A stretch of 63,915 nucleotides of DNA, the filler included, from Rhabdomonas costata (lineage: Eukaryota): the NCBI GenBank assembly GCA_019059605.1. It is 48 parts of 48 records of this genome, joined end to end, with 100 filler letters (N's around TTAATTAATTAA, not from the genome) between each part and the next. Parts side by side here need not be neighbours in the genome. Positions count along the whole stretch, not along the records: positions 49,353 to 50,585 come from JAHMHO010022589.1; positions 50,686 to 51,918 come from JAHMHO010022590.1; positions 52,019 to 53,251 come from JAHMHO010022591.1; positions 53,352 to 54,584 come from JAHMHO010022592.1; positions 54,685 to 55,917 come from JAHMHO010022593.1; positions 56,018 to 57,250 come from JAHMHO010022594.1; positions 57,351 to 58,583 come from JAHMHO010022595.1; positions 58,684 to 59,916 come from JAHMHO010022596.1; 40 more parts are not named here. One strand, 5' to 3'. A model generated the notes under the pieces. The model made no database searches. It was not told the DNA's origin and saw only the letters and a list, made by a program, of their open reading frames with translations. A program made the position numbers and the translations under genes. Position 1 is the first letter of the stretch; each line of letters begins with the position of its first letter. Of the stretch, positions 49,515 through 62,255 are shown piece by piece.

Positions 49515-50685
49515 CTGAGTTTTGGTTCTTTGCGCGTCTCGAAGGGTGCTCGGTTTTTGTGTTGTGTGGAATGAGCGCCACAAGGTAACTGGAAAAGAAT
49601 GGAATTCACAGCTCTTTTTTTAGTTCACGGTTTGTGTGATGCGGTGGTGCTGGGATGAGTTGCCCAGCGTAATTATGCTGCAGCCTTGCTGAAGCTTGGG
49701 TGTGGGTTTGCCGTTGGTTCTCTTCTGGACCACAGGCGAGGGCGGCGTGCGGAGAGATGGGGCTCGCCAGCTCTGCTGGTGCGTTATTGTTTTTGTGAAC
49801 GGCCAGGTGTGGTGATTCTGTCGGTGTGACTGGGTCGGAAATTGCACTTGGTTTCTCACTCTGCTGTTGAATTGCTGAGTCATTGTTACTCGGTGCATCT
49901 CATTGTTGTTTTCGGACGCAGACAGTTGTTTATAATGCTGTTGTCATTTCAAAGGTTCACAACCCACAAAGGAAAATTGTTTTCAGGCAGCAAACAGAAG
50001 CGAGACGTGTCCGGTGTGTCTGTGTGTGTGTGTGATTCCTTGTACGGTGGAGCGCGAGATGCATAGAACCACAGAGGCGAATGTATGTGTGAGCAAGGAG
50101 GGGAGACCAGGTCCAACCAAAAGGAAGGCGCCGGGTGGAGAGAATGCCAAGGGGACTGGAGAGTGAAGCACCCACGCACGGCAGGAGGAAGAGAGATTGA
50201 CCACAGCAATTTGCTATATCGAGATTGGTGAAGAAGGTCGGGGGGCCAGCGCGCGGAGTGAGAAGGGATACAAGTTGGGGTAAAGAAAACGTTCGCGGTT
50301 TGGGGAGGATCAGAGAGAAAATCGAATTGTAAAGTTGAAGATCGCATATGAGATGCGCTTTTGAGGCCGTTTTGTAGGTGAGAAAGGTGGGGGTGCCGTG
50401 TGGGTATGACGAGGGAGAAAGGAGAGAAGCGTCACTTAGAGAACGAAAGAAGATAGCGGACCGAGGCTCATCTTTCAGATGTGGAGGAGGGTGGTGTCAT
50501 CATTTGGAAGCAAAAACATACAGGCGAAGAAACTCGTCATGATGAGCACCGCACCCCTTTTTATGGGCACCACTCACCCCCCCCCNNNNNNNNNNNNNNN
50601 NNNNNNNNNNNNNNNNNNNNNNNNNNNNNTTAATTAATTAANNNNNNNNNNNNNNNNNNNNNNNNNNNNNNNNNNNNNNNNNNNN

Positions 50686-51918
50686 CCACATGGATGACAT
50701 GGAGTGGCACGGCAGGCCGAATCTCCTGTTCCGCAGCTACTCCATAGCAGCGTGCTTCTACCCGAATATGGCAGTCAACAGCCGAAGCTGGCGAGATGAT
50801 CGAGGAGGAAGGCCATTCCGAGCATCTCACCATGACACAGGCCCCACATCTTTGAGCCAGTGTTGTCACCAGCCGGAGGTCATACTCCACGAAGGAGGAC
50901 TTGGAACCACAGTTCCGGCAGGAGTACGAGGCCTTCAATGCCTTTTGTGGTAACCGCCGGTTCGATATCTGGTCGGGATGGTACAAGAACGAGCGCCGCT
51001 TGGTCTACCTCTCCAGCTGGCTGCGGCTCGCCAACTGCAGCTGCGCTGGAATTGGCAGATCAAGCACGCGACGCGTCGCGCCAAGGAAGTGGACAGTGAC
51101 GACGAGGAAGAACCAGAAGACTCGTCCCTCCAAAAGGCCTCCTCCCCAGCACGGACAGCAAGGCGGTCACGCTCATACTTGAAGTCGAGAAGAATGCGCA
51201 GCTGATGCACGTGCTGGACAAGACAAATATACGCAGTAACCACCACTTGTGCCACAAATGACTCCCTATCCATGGCGCGCGGTCCCATCCCCACAACCAC
51301 AGATTAATTATCAGGACACAAGAAAGAACCAGGCTACACGTGTGTGTTTGTGTGTGTGTGTCAGCCTGAGAGGTCGAGGTGGAACCAATGAATGAGGACC
51401 ATTAGCCGCAAGTGACTTCTCAGGTGGATGTCTCTGAGACACGTGAATCAGTGGTCGTAGAAAATCTGGTGTACCAGCTAGATGTCTCTGCTTCCTCCAA
51501 CCTAGTAGCAGATAAGCGTCTCTGAGGAGCAGGAAGTCCGAGCAATTCAAGTAAGCGTCAACAGCTCCTCGCTCCATGCGGGCAGTTATCGGTGACACAC
51601 TTGGCCGCCAAGAGTCAGAGACGATCTCTCCAATTGGACATGATCTCTGGTGTGACCGAGATGGATGAAGTGGAGAAGTCGCATTGGAGGTTGTTTGCGG
51701 ATCTGGTGGTGCATGAAAACCCGTAACCCGAGGCTTGGGATCCATTGGGTGAACCACTGTCGCAGCCAGTCAAGTGGCAGAGTAGCCGGTGCCACATGGA
51801 TGACATGGAGTGGCACGGCAGGCCGAATCTCCTGTTCCGCAGCTACTCCATAGCAGCGTGCTTCTACCCGAATATGGCAGTCAACAGCCGAAGCTGGCGA
51901 GATGATCGAGGAGGAAGG
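50686..51918. repeat. Self-overlapping contig: 1106-bp tandem-repeat unit or circle
   Basis: First 127 bp (50686-50812) are identical to the last 127 bp (51792-51918). Confidence 0.92.
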
Positions 51919-52018
51919 NNNNNNNNNNNNNNNNNNNNNNNNNNNNNNNNNNNNNNNNNNNNTTAATTAATTAANNNNNNNNNNNNNNNNNNNNNNNNNN
52001 NNNNNNNNNNNNNNNNNN

Positions 52019-53230
52019 TATTCAGCCAGCGATGCGTCCCGCGGGTGACTTTTGTGCTCACCGTGCAGCCGCTGGAGCCGCTGCAGGGGCGTTGTTGCGG
52101 GCTGACAAGCCAAACATGCTGCACGCCAAATGCCTCTGCGCTCCGAAACACTGCCTGCAAAAGAAAAGAATCGAAAAGAATCAAAGCATCCCACCCTGCC
52201 CTTGATGTTGATGGGGAGATGGAGGGGGTGTGGATGGTTAAAGAAGTCCTCCAGATGTGGTCCTATTTGCCGCGAAATCGGGCGGGCCCACACCTCCGTG
52301 TTGTGAGTGTCCGAGCACCGCTCCAGAACAATTAGAAAGCGGGCGGTGCGGTGCCTCAGCACAGTCTCCGCGCGGCGCATCCGAGCCATCACGCTCTCGG
52401 GCACAACAGGCACCCCGTCACTGCTTACCGAGGGCTGTGCCGAGGAGCACCCACTCCCCAGGCCTGAAAAGCCCGCACCAAACCGGAAACAACCGAGCCC
52501 CCCTTCCCCCGCCAAAAAAAAAGCAGAAAGCCATCCCTACTGTGCACCACTTAACCCAAGCCTTTCTGGGCAGGGATAGTTGCCATCCCTGATGTGCAAA
52601 AAATAATCCGGTCAATGGTGCCTGTAATCGCAAGTTGTAATTGCGGGAAAATAATTACCGTTGCAACTGTCAAAGTTACTCTCCGTGATTACCCGGAAAC
52701 GGCGATCACTGGAAATCTGCAGTTGAGACTCCCAATGGGTGAGGAGGTGCTAAAATGTAAGAGGTTGGTGTGCCTGAAGGGGTTGCCCTTGGAGTTGTCA
52801 TTGGTCGTTGTCGGCAGTGGAGAACCTCCACACAAACAAACAAAAGACACGCATACACGTACAAACACACACCAGAACTGCCGCTGCGGTCTTGGGTAGA
52901 GGCAAGGTCGGGGATGCTCAGTCCCTCGCAGAGTTGACGAAGTTCCCCGAGAACTTTCCGTTGGGACTCCGAGAACAGTGCGGCCGCTGGAAGTGCGTCC
53001 AGGGCAGCGACAAACCGGCACAGCTCGCGCCTAACCGCCGACTTCCGGGGTTCCTCTGCACACAACGACATGGGTATCGTTTTTTTCCGCAACTCGGAGA
53101 AGGCAAACTGAGGGCAAAGCCGAAGCAGGACCGCAAAATTCTTGAGCCTCCCTGGCCGGCCCCCTTCACCCTTTGGCCGGAACTCACCCGTGCCTACTGC
53201 GGCGATTCCTTCAAAGGGCATCGTTTCCAA
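52019..53230 (-). CDS. trmH: TrmH/SpoU-family RNA 2'-O-methyltransferase with N-terminal extension; exons ~53230-52873, 52463-52294, 52154-52019
   Basis: RAETVLRHRTARFLIVLERCSDTHNTE|AVFRSAEAFGVQHVWLV...G..RWL is SPOUT motif 1; both GT-AG introns are phase consistent. Confidence 0.85.
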
Positions 53231-53351
53231 ACCCCACCAAACACACCAACANNNNNNNNNNNNNNNNNNNNNNNNNNNNNNNNNNNNNNNNNNNNTTAAT
53301 TAATTAANNNNNNNNNNNNNNNNNNNNNNNNNNNNNNNNNNNNNNNNNNNN

Positions 53352-54584
53352 GTGTTTGTGGTAATTGGATAAGACGGAGTTGGTTCAGAGAATTGTAAAG
53401 AAGTGGTCAGTTGGAGAATTTCAGAAGAGTGTAGATCAGTCAAACTAGAGGGGGCAGAAGGCAGGGCCGCTCCCGCCCCACCAAAGAGCCAGCGCAAGTG
53501 TTATGCAGAGAGCTCCAGGCACATTCCCGCTAAGAATTTTGCAGAGACCACAAGAGGCCTGGTGGAAGCTGGTCCGTAAACCTTCCGCTGAGGGTCCAGC
53601 CACCACTCTCCGCAGAAACTCCTGTGTAAGATCGTGATTGGCCAGCTGCTGCTGCTGCTCCATGCTCTGGAAAAAGGATACCATTTGGGTTAAAAAAATT
53701 CTGCTCCATCTGTGGTGCAGGGGCTGCGCTCGGCTTAGGAGGTGGCAGATTTCCTGACATCAAATCGGAACCCACATCTGGAATTGAGCTGACCTCCACT
53801 CAGGGTGGGATGAGATAAACTCGATCCCTCTGAAATCAACCGTCCCCTGAACTCTGTGGACTCGGTCGCCTGCGGCCGAACTCTGAAACTTACCCGCACC
53901 CTGAAGATGGTTATTCCACGCAGGCCATTCTCGCCGGATCTGAAAATTTGAAGTCGGATCTTTTCCTGGTGCACCCTGGAATCAATCTGCACCACGTGTC
54001 ACTGGATTCCTTCACTGCCCACTGCGCCCAAATTAGGTCGTACACTTCCTCTGTTACCACGTGCCACAAAGTGATGCGTGGTAATTCAACAATGAACTGA
54101 GCTCCTCGTGCCGCACAGGGCTTTCTCGACTTATCCCTCTGCTACCACGTGTCACACTCCAACTATATTGCGGGAACACTTACGTGGCTGGAAGCGCCTG
54201 AATGTCGTAAATCCTTTCGCCTCTCCAAACCTTGACACACCTACGCTTCCAGTCAATCTGTGGCTGTAGCCTCGTCAAAAACGGATAGCCCAGTACCACT
54301 GGAATTGCCGTATGAATCACTCTCAAGAACAACTTAATCGGCATGGTACCTAATTTCCCAACAATTCGCACAAATTGGGTCACGGGGAGTCCTTATCCAT
54401 TCGCTACTCTCACCGTGAGCCTTTGCTGCAACGGGTACTTCTGCAAACGGAATCTCTGCACCACTTTTTGACTTATAAACGAATCTGAAGCTCCGGAATC
54501 TAACAGAGCTCTTACCTGCATATTCCCAATTCACAACGGAAGGAACATCAGTGGATGAGGGGAGAGGATCTGGAAGATCAGAAA
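53352..54584 (-). mobile_element. Ty3/gypsy LTR-retrotransposon relic (aspartic protease at about 54530-54180)
   Basis: QVRALLDSGASDSFIS...VRVANG*...VVLGYPFL..LQPQIDW is a retropepsin with in-frame stops. The extent beyond the protease is inferred. Confidence 0.85.
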
Positions 54585-54721
54585 NNNNNNNNNNNNNNNN
54601 NNNNNNNNNNNNNNNNNNNNNNNNNNNNTTAATTAATTAANNNNNNNNNNNNNNNNNNNNNNNNNNNNNNNNNNNNNNNNNNNNTTCGAGATAGCTACCT
54701 CTGACACCCACCCTCCTACGC

Positions 54722-54983
54722 ACACTGAGCTGGGTGTGAAGGGAGAACACTGGTACAAATACTGTCAGGCACTGAGGTCGGCTCGAATCCATATCAAGGT
54801 CTAACACACTGGTCTCGATTAGGCGTTAGAATAAAGGCAACTCTGGCCCCACCCCAACCAGGACTTCCCCCGTGAAACAAGGGGGTCAGCAGGTGCCTGG
54901 TTGGGGACATAAGTTGGCTGGAGATGACGCAGTCTCGAGCAATTGCGAGACTTAAGACCTAAGAAGATGACTGAGAAAGGTCT
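54722..54983 (-). repeat. Structured dispersed repeat, copy 2, abutting a (TC)n tract
   Basis: Reverse complement aligns with 6051-6307. Confidence 0.9.
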
Positions 54984-56211
54984 CTCTCTCTCTCTCTCTC
55001 AAAAACGGGGCATTCTTCTGTCGCCCCTTTCCATGGCTCCTTGGTAACTGCACTGCTTTTCAACTCGTTTGCCATTGAACGCCTTGCCCCCCCGTTCTCC
55101 TACGCACACACCAATGCGGTTAGTGGACAAATGAAGAGTTGTTACAGGCGGGGAACGCCACCGTGAGTAGTTGGGATGGGTTTTCCTTGGATTAGTTCGA
55201 GCAGTGTATTGCCGAGCACCTGATCCGTCTGTCCCTCACTTACTTGCTGCACCTTGGTCTCAATCGGGGAAGCATATCCAGGGCCTTTTTGACATGAGGT
55301 GGTTCCACCCGAAAACACAGATCGCAAGGCACTCGACCCTCCATCCCGTCTGTACAAGTACAACTGAGTGGTGAACACACCGCTCCATTCGCTTCTTGAG
55401 GTTGCCCTCCTTGGTGGGCCGCTTGCCCAGCAGTGGGGTGCTCTCGCCCTTCTCCATTGCACCCTCTGCACACCTCTTCACACACACAAAATCACACTCC
55501 TTCTCTGTGACTCTTCGATGATCAGGTCAGCCCCTACCGCCCCACTCAGAAGAGACGGTGCGCGGGCGCCTTGCAAAAACCCCACGAGCAACACAAAAAG
55601 CCAACCATCCGCACCTACCTGAGTAAAAAAATCACCCCACAAGCCATGGCACCCTATGACATTTAGGGGACCAGTCGCCCATTGTTCCATTTTCACGAGA
55701 AGGAAAACGGAAACAGAAATGACAACACATCCGTTTCTCCCCCTTTCAGGGACATTACGGAACCCCTTCTTATGGCAGTGCCCAACGGAGAGGTTATTGT
55801 TCAAAGGTTTAGGAGGACATGCATAAAAGCTCGAAGTGCGTCACTGGATACACGCTATTAGCCGCCAGCAGAAAAAATAATAACACATGCGCAGTTCAAA
55901 CATGCGCCCAAACCACANNNNNNNNNNNNNNNNNNNNNNNNNNNNNNNNNNNNNNNNNNNNTTAATTAATTAANNNNNNNNNNNNNNNNNNNNNNNNNNN
56001 NNNNNNNNNNNNNNNNNGGAGGAATGGCAAGGCCCTGAATCACGCCCCAACCTTCTAAAGAGGGGTGCTTCAGGGGTATTTCTTTTGGATGGTGCTACTT
56101 CCATTTTTGGACGGAGTGTGTTCACCATGGACTTTCAGAAAAGTAAAAGAAACAATTCGGAGCGGGTTGAAAAATAAACTGTCGGGGGCTTCAGTGCAGT
56201 TGGTGCAGTAC

Positions 56212-57250
56212 GTCCAACACAGAGTTTGGTTCTGCTGACCAGGGTGTTGCAGACGGGGTGGTTGACCGCGGGGTGGGGGTGGGGATGCTGTACCAGGCGG
56301 CGAGGGAAGGTACGACGCCAGCCACTGCTTCATAGTGTTCTGGTACTCCATCTCAAAGATCGTCTCCGAGGCCTTCTCGTAAAAGTCCGAAAGCTTCGAA
56401 GCGGGTGAGGACCTAAGCCGGCAAGAGGACCAGCTGAATTTTAACGTTCTTTTCGAGCTGAAGTGGACTTCGGTCCACCAGCTCAGCAAAAAGTTAGCTT
56501 ACGGACAAAAACGGACCGACTTCTGACAATCACGCTGGTGCGCGAGTCCGTTACAGCCAACTACGAACCACAGAACTCTACACAGTTGGGTGCTCTAAAG
56601 GTACACAGTGATACAGATACTCTCAGACAGTCCAGACAGTGAAACAGGGTTAAGGTAAGTCCCGCCTCCACCCCCAAGACTTCTCCTGCCAAACTTGGGA
56701 GCCAGAAGGTGCCTTAGCTTAGGGGACATGAGTTGCCCAGTGCTAAAGACTGACCGGAGTCTCAGGACGCAGTACCCAACTTGAGATAATGGGTGAGAAG
56801 GGTCACACACACTTGGGGCAATTTGCCACAGTGAATTTTTTGGGGAAGACTTGACGTCCACTTCCCCGTAGGCTCCCACCTTTCGATGGCGTGGGCCGTC
56901 GGGCCTCACGCCTTCTCCCTCTCATGTCACGTAGAGTTGGCTTACCTCATGTGACCTCCAATCCAAACATACAAACATACATACATACACACCGGTCCAC
57001 CGTGCGAAGGATGACCTGGCGGGCCTCCTCGGTGAGGTTGTTGCAAATCGTCGGCTTGCGGAAGTATACCTGCACTCCACAGACACACTCCTCGTAGCGG
57101 AGGACCGATGTGTGCAACGGTACGGTACGGGTATGGGAAGTAAAAAGAGATATGAAAATGCGCAAGAGGAAAGGAGGCGGAGAGTGAATGGGCAGGGGAA
57201 GTGCACGCCTTCTCCACGGTGTGGTCGCGGGCAATCTCAATCACCACCCC
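56212..57250 (-). CDS. ITPR: Inositol 1,4,5-trisphosphate/ryanodine receptor family channel; exons 57250-57209, 57069-56993, 56412-~56212
   Basis: IEIARDHTVEK|VYFRKPTICNNLTEEARQVILRTVD|RSSPASKLSDFYEKASETIFEMEYQ is colinear with IP3R 'IEIVR...EQIVFP.P.IC..LT ... SK..DFF...E.L..EM.WQ'. First intron is GC-AG; 3' end of the last exon is uncertain. Confidence 0.85.
56580..56804 (-). repeat. Structured dispersed repeat, copy 3 (diverged), within IP3R intron 56992-56413
   Basis: Shares gactt..., ggggacat.agttgcc and tgaccggagtctc blocks, in order, with copies 1 and 2. Confidence 0.75.
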
Positions 57251-57672
57251 NNNNNNNNNNNNNNNNNNNNNNNNNNNNNNNNNNNNNNNNNNNNTTAATT
57301 AATTAANNNNNNNNNNNNNNNNNNNNNNNNNNNNNNNNNNNNNNNNNNNNGGGTGTTTGTAGGGAAACATACAAAACCAGTGTTCGCAGGGAAGAAGTGA
57401 ATACAATTTCAAGTGATGAAAAGGACGCGTAGTACACAGCTGCAGGGGCCTGCTCAGTAAAACCGCCAAAAGCGGGCGAGGAATTACAGAGTGGAGCGCG
57501 CGGAGTGCTGAAAGCAGAAGATCCGAGAAATGCACAGAAGCCGGGAGCCTTCCGGAAGCTCACAGTATAACGTGAATGGGGCTCAATTGAAAACGAATCC
57601 TACAAACAGTTTTAATGGGCAAAGGGTGTCAAATGTCATCAGAGCCAATGTGGGGGAGGAAGAACGTCATAC

Positions 57673-57819
57673 CGGGGTGAGGTCGGTCCCGGTGGCAACA
57701 CGGGCCTTCCAAACGGTGAACTGGGCCTCCCAAGTCTCATCGAAGCGCTCGTCCGCAGAGGGTGGAGCGGTGGCGTAGCGGCGCACCCATCCCTTGGCAA
57801 ACTCAAGGTCCACAGTTTC
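57673..57819 (-). CDS. Hypothetical protein exon
   Basis: gtgcag|GAA...CCG|gtatga; 49 codons, GC3-rich. Confidence 0.4.
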
Positions 57820-58828
57820 CTGCACGGTAATTTTTTTTACCTCGGTTGTCAGTCTTTCACCCTTAACCCTTCTTTCTTCGGGAGGCACATGGGGGCAGTC
57901 ACCGCAGGACAAGCTTTATAAATATGGCGCGCCTTCCTGCGCGGGGTAGGTTTCCTTTCACGGTTGACCGGTACGAGGGCCCCTTGAAAGCTTCTTTTTA
58001 TACTATTTTTGTGCCCCTTCTTGCCCCTGCTGATCTCACGCACACTTATGCACAGCCGCGCTTATGCGCAGCTCCAATCCCAGGTCGCTCGAAGGATTGA
58101 GTCTGGAATGTCTGCGCCGAATCCCCCCCCCGTTTAACTGCTATTGAAAGCCAAGCCAGAAACCTGGAGAAAAAGGGAGAGCTCAAATCTTGGTCAACCC
58201 TTAATTCCTAACAAAAAAGGAAGGAGGTACAACAGGGACTGATTCCGCGTGGTTTCATTGGTATCTTGGCAAGCCTCACCAATCTGACGTTTTCCTGCGG
58301 TCAGACACATTTCCTTACCAATGATTCCAAGGAGAAAGCAATTCGAAGTGACGCAGACACCCGTCTCCGTTTTTCTAATCAATTTAAACAGTAAAATCGA
58401 AAACAACCACTTTAATATCGCCGACACAGCGATACTAGACAACCCGCCATATTGCGCCCCACTTTGGGGATGGAGGATGGGAGTTGACACCGAAACTGCC
58501 CCAGAGGATCCCCGAGCACTTCGTCCGGTCTGCCGGGACAGCACCTCGCTCCCTCTGCTCTCAGGTACACTGCAGAACACACCNNNNNNNNNNNNNNNNN
58601 NNNNNNNNNNNNNNNNNNNNNNNNNNNTTAATTAATTAANNNNNNNNNNNNNNNNNNNNNNNNNNNNNNNNNNNNNNNNNNNNGGTTTTATATTTTGGTG
58701 TTACCGAGTGCTAATTATCGGACCGTAAATCCCTGGGGCGGCCTGCTTTTTCCATCGTGCTGATCTGCATCGTTCATCCCATATCGCCCTCTTGTCCCCA
58801 TCCCATATCATCCAAAAACCAAAACTAG

Positions 58829-59161
58829 GGGTGATGATGTCTGGGCCGGACATCAACCCCACCATCGTGCACGTCGCGATGATCGCTGCGGTGTCCTCCG
58901 CGATTCCCGCCCGAGTGCTGCCTGCACAGCTCCTGCCCACGATGCTGGTGCTGATCGCCAGCTCCACGCTTTGCGTGGGCGTGGTGCTGGCGCTGATGGG
59001 CGCCCTGCGGGCCACGCACTACGTGCAGTACCTGCCCACGATTGTGATCCGGGGCTTCCTGGCGTGCATTGGGGTGGAGATTATGAAGCTCGCGCTGGAG
59101 GGGGCCACCGGAGAGGAGTTCTCGTCGCATTTCACCCCGAACATCATGCTGATGACCCAAG
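58829..59161 (+). CDS. SulP/SLC26 anion transporter, internal exon
   Basis: SGPD..P...TM...LMGALR....VQYLP..VIRGFLACIG; donor G|gtgagt. Confidence 0.85.
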
Positions 59162-60104
59162 GTGAGTGACCGATGAGGGGGGGGCACACCAAAATTTCAG
59201 CAGTGTTACTTTCTCCTGCTTACCATTGATCCTGAAAGGGGGATCACAAATTAGGAGAGTAGTGCGGTCGGCGTTCACATTGTTCTGTGAGCGAGTAGGG
59301 GGTTCCCTCTTACAGACGTACAGTGTAGAGTGTGATCGCTGATTCAAGGGCCAGAGGAGACCTTGAGCGACCTTTTTTATGAATTGATTTTTTCTACAGC
59401 GTGTCTGAAATGTGCGCTGACGCCATCTTACGTCATCTGACTCATCTGTCCTCTGTGAGAGGCCACTGTGTCGGAGTCGTCAATTAAATGACTGGCCCGG
59501 GGTGCAAGGAACAGGGTGCAGCCGTTTCTTGTGCTTGAGCTTAAGCCCCAGTGTTCAATCCATTGACCCCAAATTCTCACCACGCAGCGAACCATGCCAT
59601 GGCCGGAGAAGCGCCATCTAGTCGGCGATTCGGCAGACACCCACAGACTTGAAGAGATTGCCCATTTGCCACACACACATCTGGTATGGTCACCGCTGTT
59701 CAGTTTTTTTTTTCGCTTTTCTTCCACGCCTTGCACTCACTGTGACTCACAAGGCGGGAGGAGATAAAGCCTTTTTGCTGCTTGTTCCGTTGTTGGGACG
59801 ATGACTCATGAACCATCAAGCGCATCTGGTACCTGCACTGAGTCGTGTGGTGAGACAACCTGCTCCATAACCCTTAACATCACTGTCTGAATCCCTGAGG
59901 CGCTCTCCCAACACCCNNNNNNNNNNNNNNNNNNNNNNNNNNNNNNNNNNNNNNNNNNNNTTAATTAATTAANNNNNNNNNNNNNNNNNNNNNNNNNNNN
60001 NNNNNNNNNNNNNNNNTTGTTGGGGGAACCACAAATGAGCGCAAGCGATCGCAACGGAAAAACAAAACTGTGCAAATTACGTACAAGCACTTTAAGCGAG
60101 GAAC

Positions 60105-60827
60105 TTAATGAGCCCTACGGGCCGGGCCCGGGTCGCTATACAGCATCTTCCGGAGCACTCTCTGGGTCACCTCGTAAGTGACGAAGATGGTGGCATTGCA
60201 CGGGGCGACGCGCATCATCGTGGGCAGCCAGCCGCGGTACAGCCCTCGAAAGCCGTGCTCGTGCACCACGCCCTTCATCAGCGCCCAGGCAGAGGTAGCG
60301 GGGGCACAGCAAATCTGTTGATGGGCCTTCACCACATCCTACAACAGTCAAAGATCAGCAATCTGTATATAAAGAAGCGTCTCTTTGCTTTCAACCTCGA
60401 TCTTCAACCACTGCAAGCCACTTTGCTCTCCGCGCACTTCACTATCTGATCGTTCGACATGGGCACAGGAGAAAGACTGAAGATGGCTGCAAAATGATAC
60501 AGCACAATTTTCGGTTATTGGCTGAGGCGAACACCAATATAACCCTTTCTGCTACAACCCTTCATAATTCTGGGCACAATACCACAATCAGGCATCTTGA
60601 TTTCTAAAGAAGCAGTGCCACGCGTTGACACGTTCTCCCATGTTACGAGACACAGGCACCCATCCAAATGCACAAAGGAACCGCAGGGTAGGTCGCCGAC
60701 CAGGCCGTCACCCCGGCAGCTGCGCCTGCGAGCATCAAGTGCGGGGCATTTAGGTCGTCCTTGGACCCACCGGCAGGGGCCATCCTCCGGCACATCGACT
60801 CATAGGTTAGGAACCAGAGCGAAGTTC
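60105..60827 (-). CDS. Mitochondrial carrier (SLC25, carnitine/basic amino-acid-like), last exons 60827-60682 and 60338-60105
   Basis: LAGAAAGVTAWSATYPA|DVVK (PxDxxK signature) ... GFRGLYRGW.PT..R..P.NA..F.TYE; stop at 60105. Confidence 0.92.
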
Positions 60828-61737
60828 CTGCGCGCGCAGCAGCCGATGAAGCGTGCGCGTACGGACGTCCATACAGAAAACAACTTGGAACGAAAACGAG
60901 AGCGGTTGCTAACACGAACCGTCAGAATGTTTAGACGAAACACTTCCACAATTTTATTCGGGAGTTTTTCTTGCTTTAATCAAAATGCTTGAGCATCAGT
61001 GCTCCCACTTGCGGCTTTAATTAGCGCCTGCTGGTGGTTATTGTCATGGTGCGCACACGGTCAACCAAACAGTATGGAATTGGACCACCAGATTGTTGTG
61101 TGTTGGCATGCCAGTGGTAGTTTCATCGCCCTTCGCCGTGTTTGCCCCGTTGCGCTAAATTCGTTTGAAGATTGGAAACCAACCAACCATGCCCCCAGTG
61201 CATAAAATATTTCTCACCGTTGCCCACCGTAGAGATAATTCGGGACCCGNNNNNNNNNNNNNNNNNNNNNNNNNNNNNNNNNNNNNNNNNNNNTTAATTA
61301 ATTAANNNNNNNNNNNNNNNNNNNNNNNNNNNNNNNNNNNNNNNNNNNNGTTGGGGTGGTGGAGGCCACAGCTGCGCAGCGGCAGGCCGCGGAAGCCAGC
61401 CCGCGGCGCGGCCGAAGTGGACGGGGACGTGCCATGGGACGGGGATTATGCAAAATTTATACTTTTGGTGTTTGACGGTGTTTATCGTTTAACACCGTTA
61501 ACGACGAAACATTATCGTATTTCGGTTCGGGGAAGTTATTTTTCCCACTTTCGGGGTCAGGTATGTTTGTGCTGTTAAACGTTTAAAGCCCCCCCCCCCC
61601 CAAAAAAAATACAACAGCATAGATCCAATCACCTCTCTGTACCGATACGAATCCTTCGAAAGCTCAATCTCTCGACCGATCGAGCAGGTCAACTCACCCG
61701 TGTGCAGTTATCGTTGGGAGGACGGAACATAGCAAAC

Positions 61738-62255
61738 CTGGAAACGCCGCCAAAAACCGAAGCGGCCCCGACCAAAGCCCACAGCCCGGGGTCCATCCAC
61801 TCCTGCACACACACAACGCGGGGCAGCAAAAGGGAACAACCTCAAAGTTGGGCAGCAACGAGGGCCGAAAACATGTGAAGGCCTCACATCACGATGCTCG
61901 TCACGGGAATATATTCAAAATTACTCTGCTTATAGTGTGAGGTTGTGTTTTTGTGAGACCGGGTCGCCACACCCTTCGTCACAAACGTGCAAAACATTTG
62001 ACACCCCGAAAGCTTTCCACAATAATGTTAGATATGACAGTACAAACACAATGTATAAGGAGTTGCGCATATTTTGCGAGACGATGGACCCTAAGGCACG
62101 ATGGACCTACATGCAAACCCAAAGTAACATCTTCCCAGAGCCACTGACCTGCTGGTACGCCGGGGGAAGCAGCTCAAACATGAAGCCTGTCAGCCGCCCC
62201 AAGGTGGCGCCAATCACCATGGAGGGAATCACAACCCCGCACGAAACGTTGGTGC
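61738..62255 (-). CDS. CLC chloride channel/exchanger; exons 62255-62149 and 61802-61738
   Basis: GTNVSCGVVIPSMVIGATLGRLTG...|EWMDPGLWALVGAASVFGGVSR; phase-0 GT-AG intron. Confidence 0.9.

Noticed and set aside
50950-51050. SET-domain-like motif (RLANCSC)
   Set aside because: Lacks the NH and PN residues, and the frame breaks immediately afterwards.
56070-56489. Retroviral gag ORF following an LTR
   Set aside because: The frame is the next IP3-receptor exon (SKLSDF...EMEYQ), spliced in phase.
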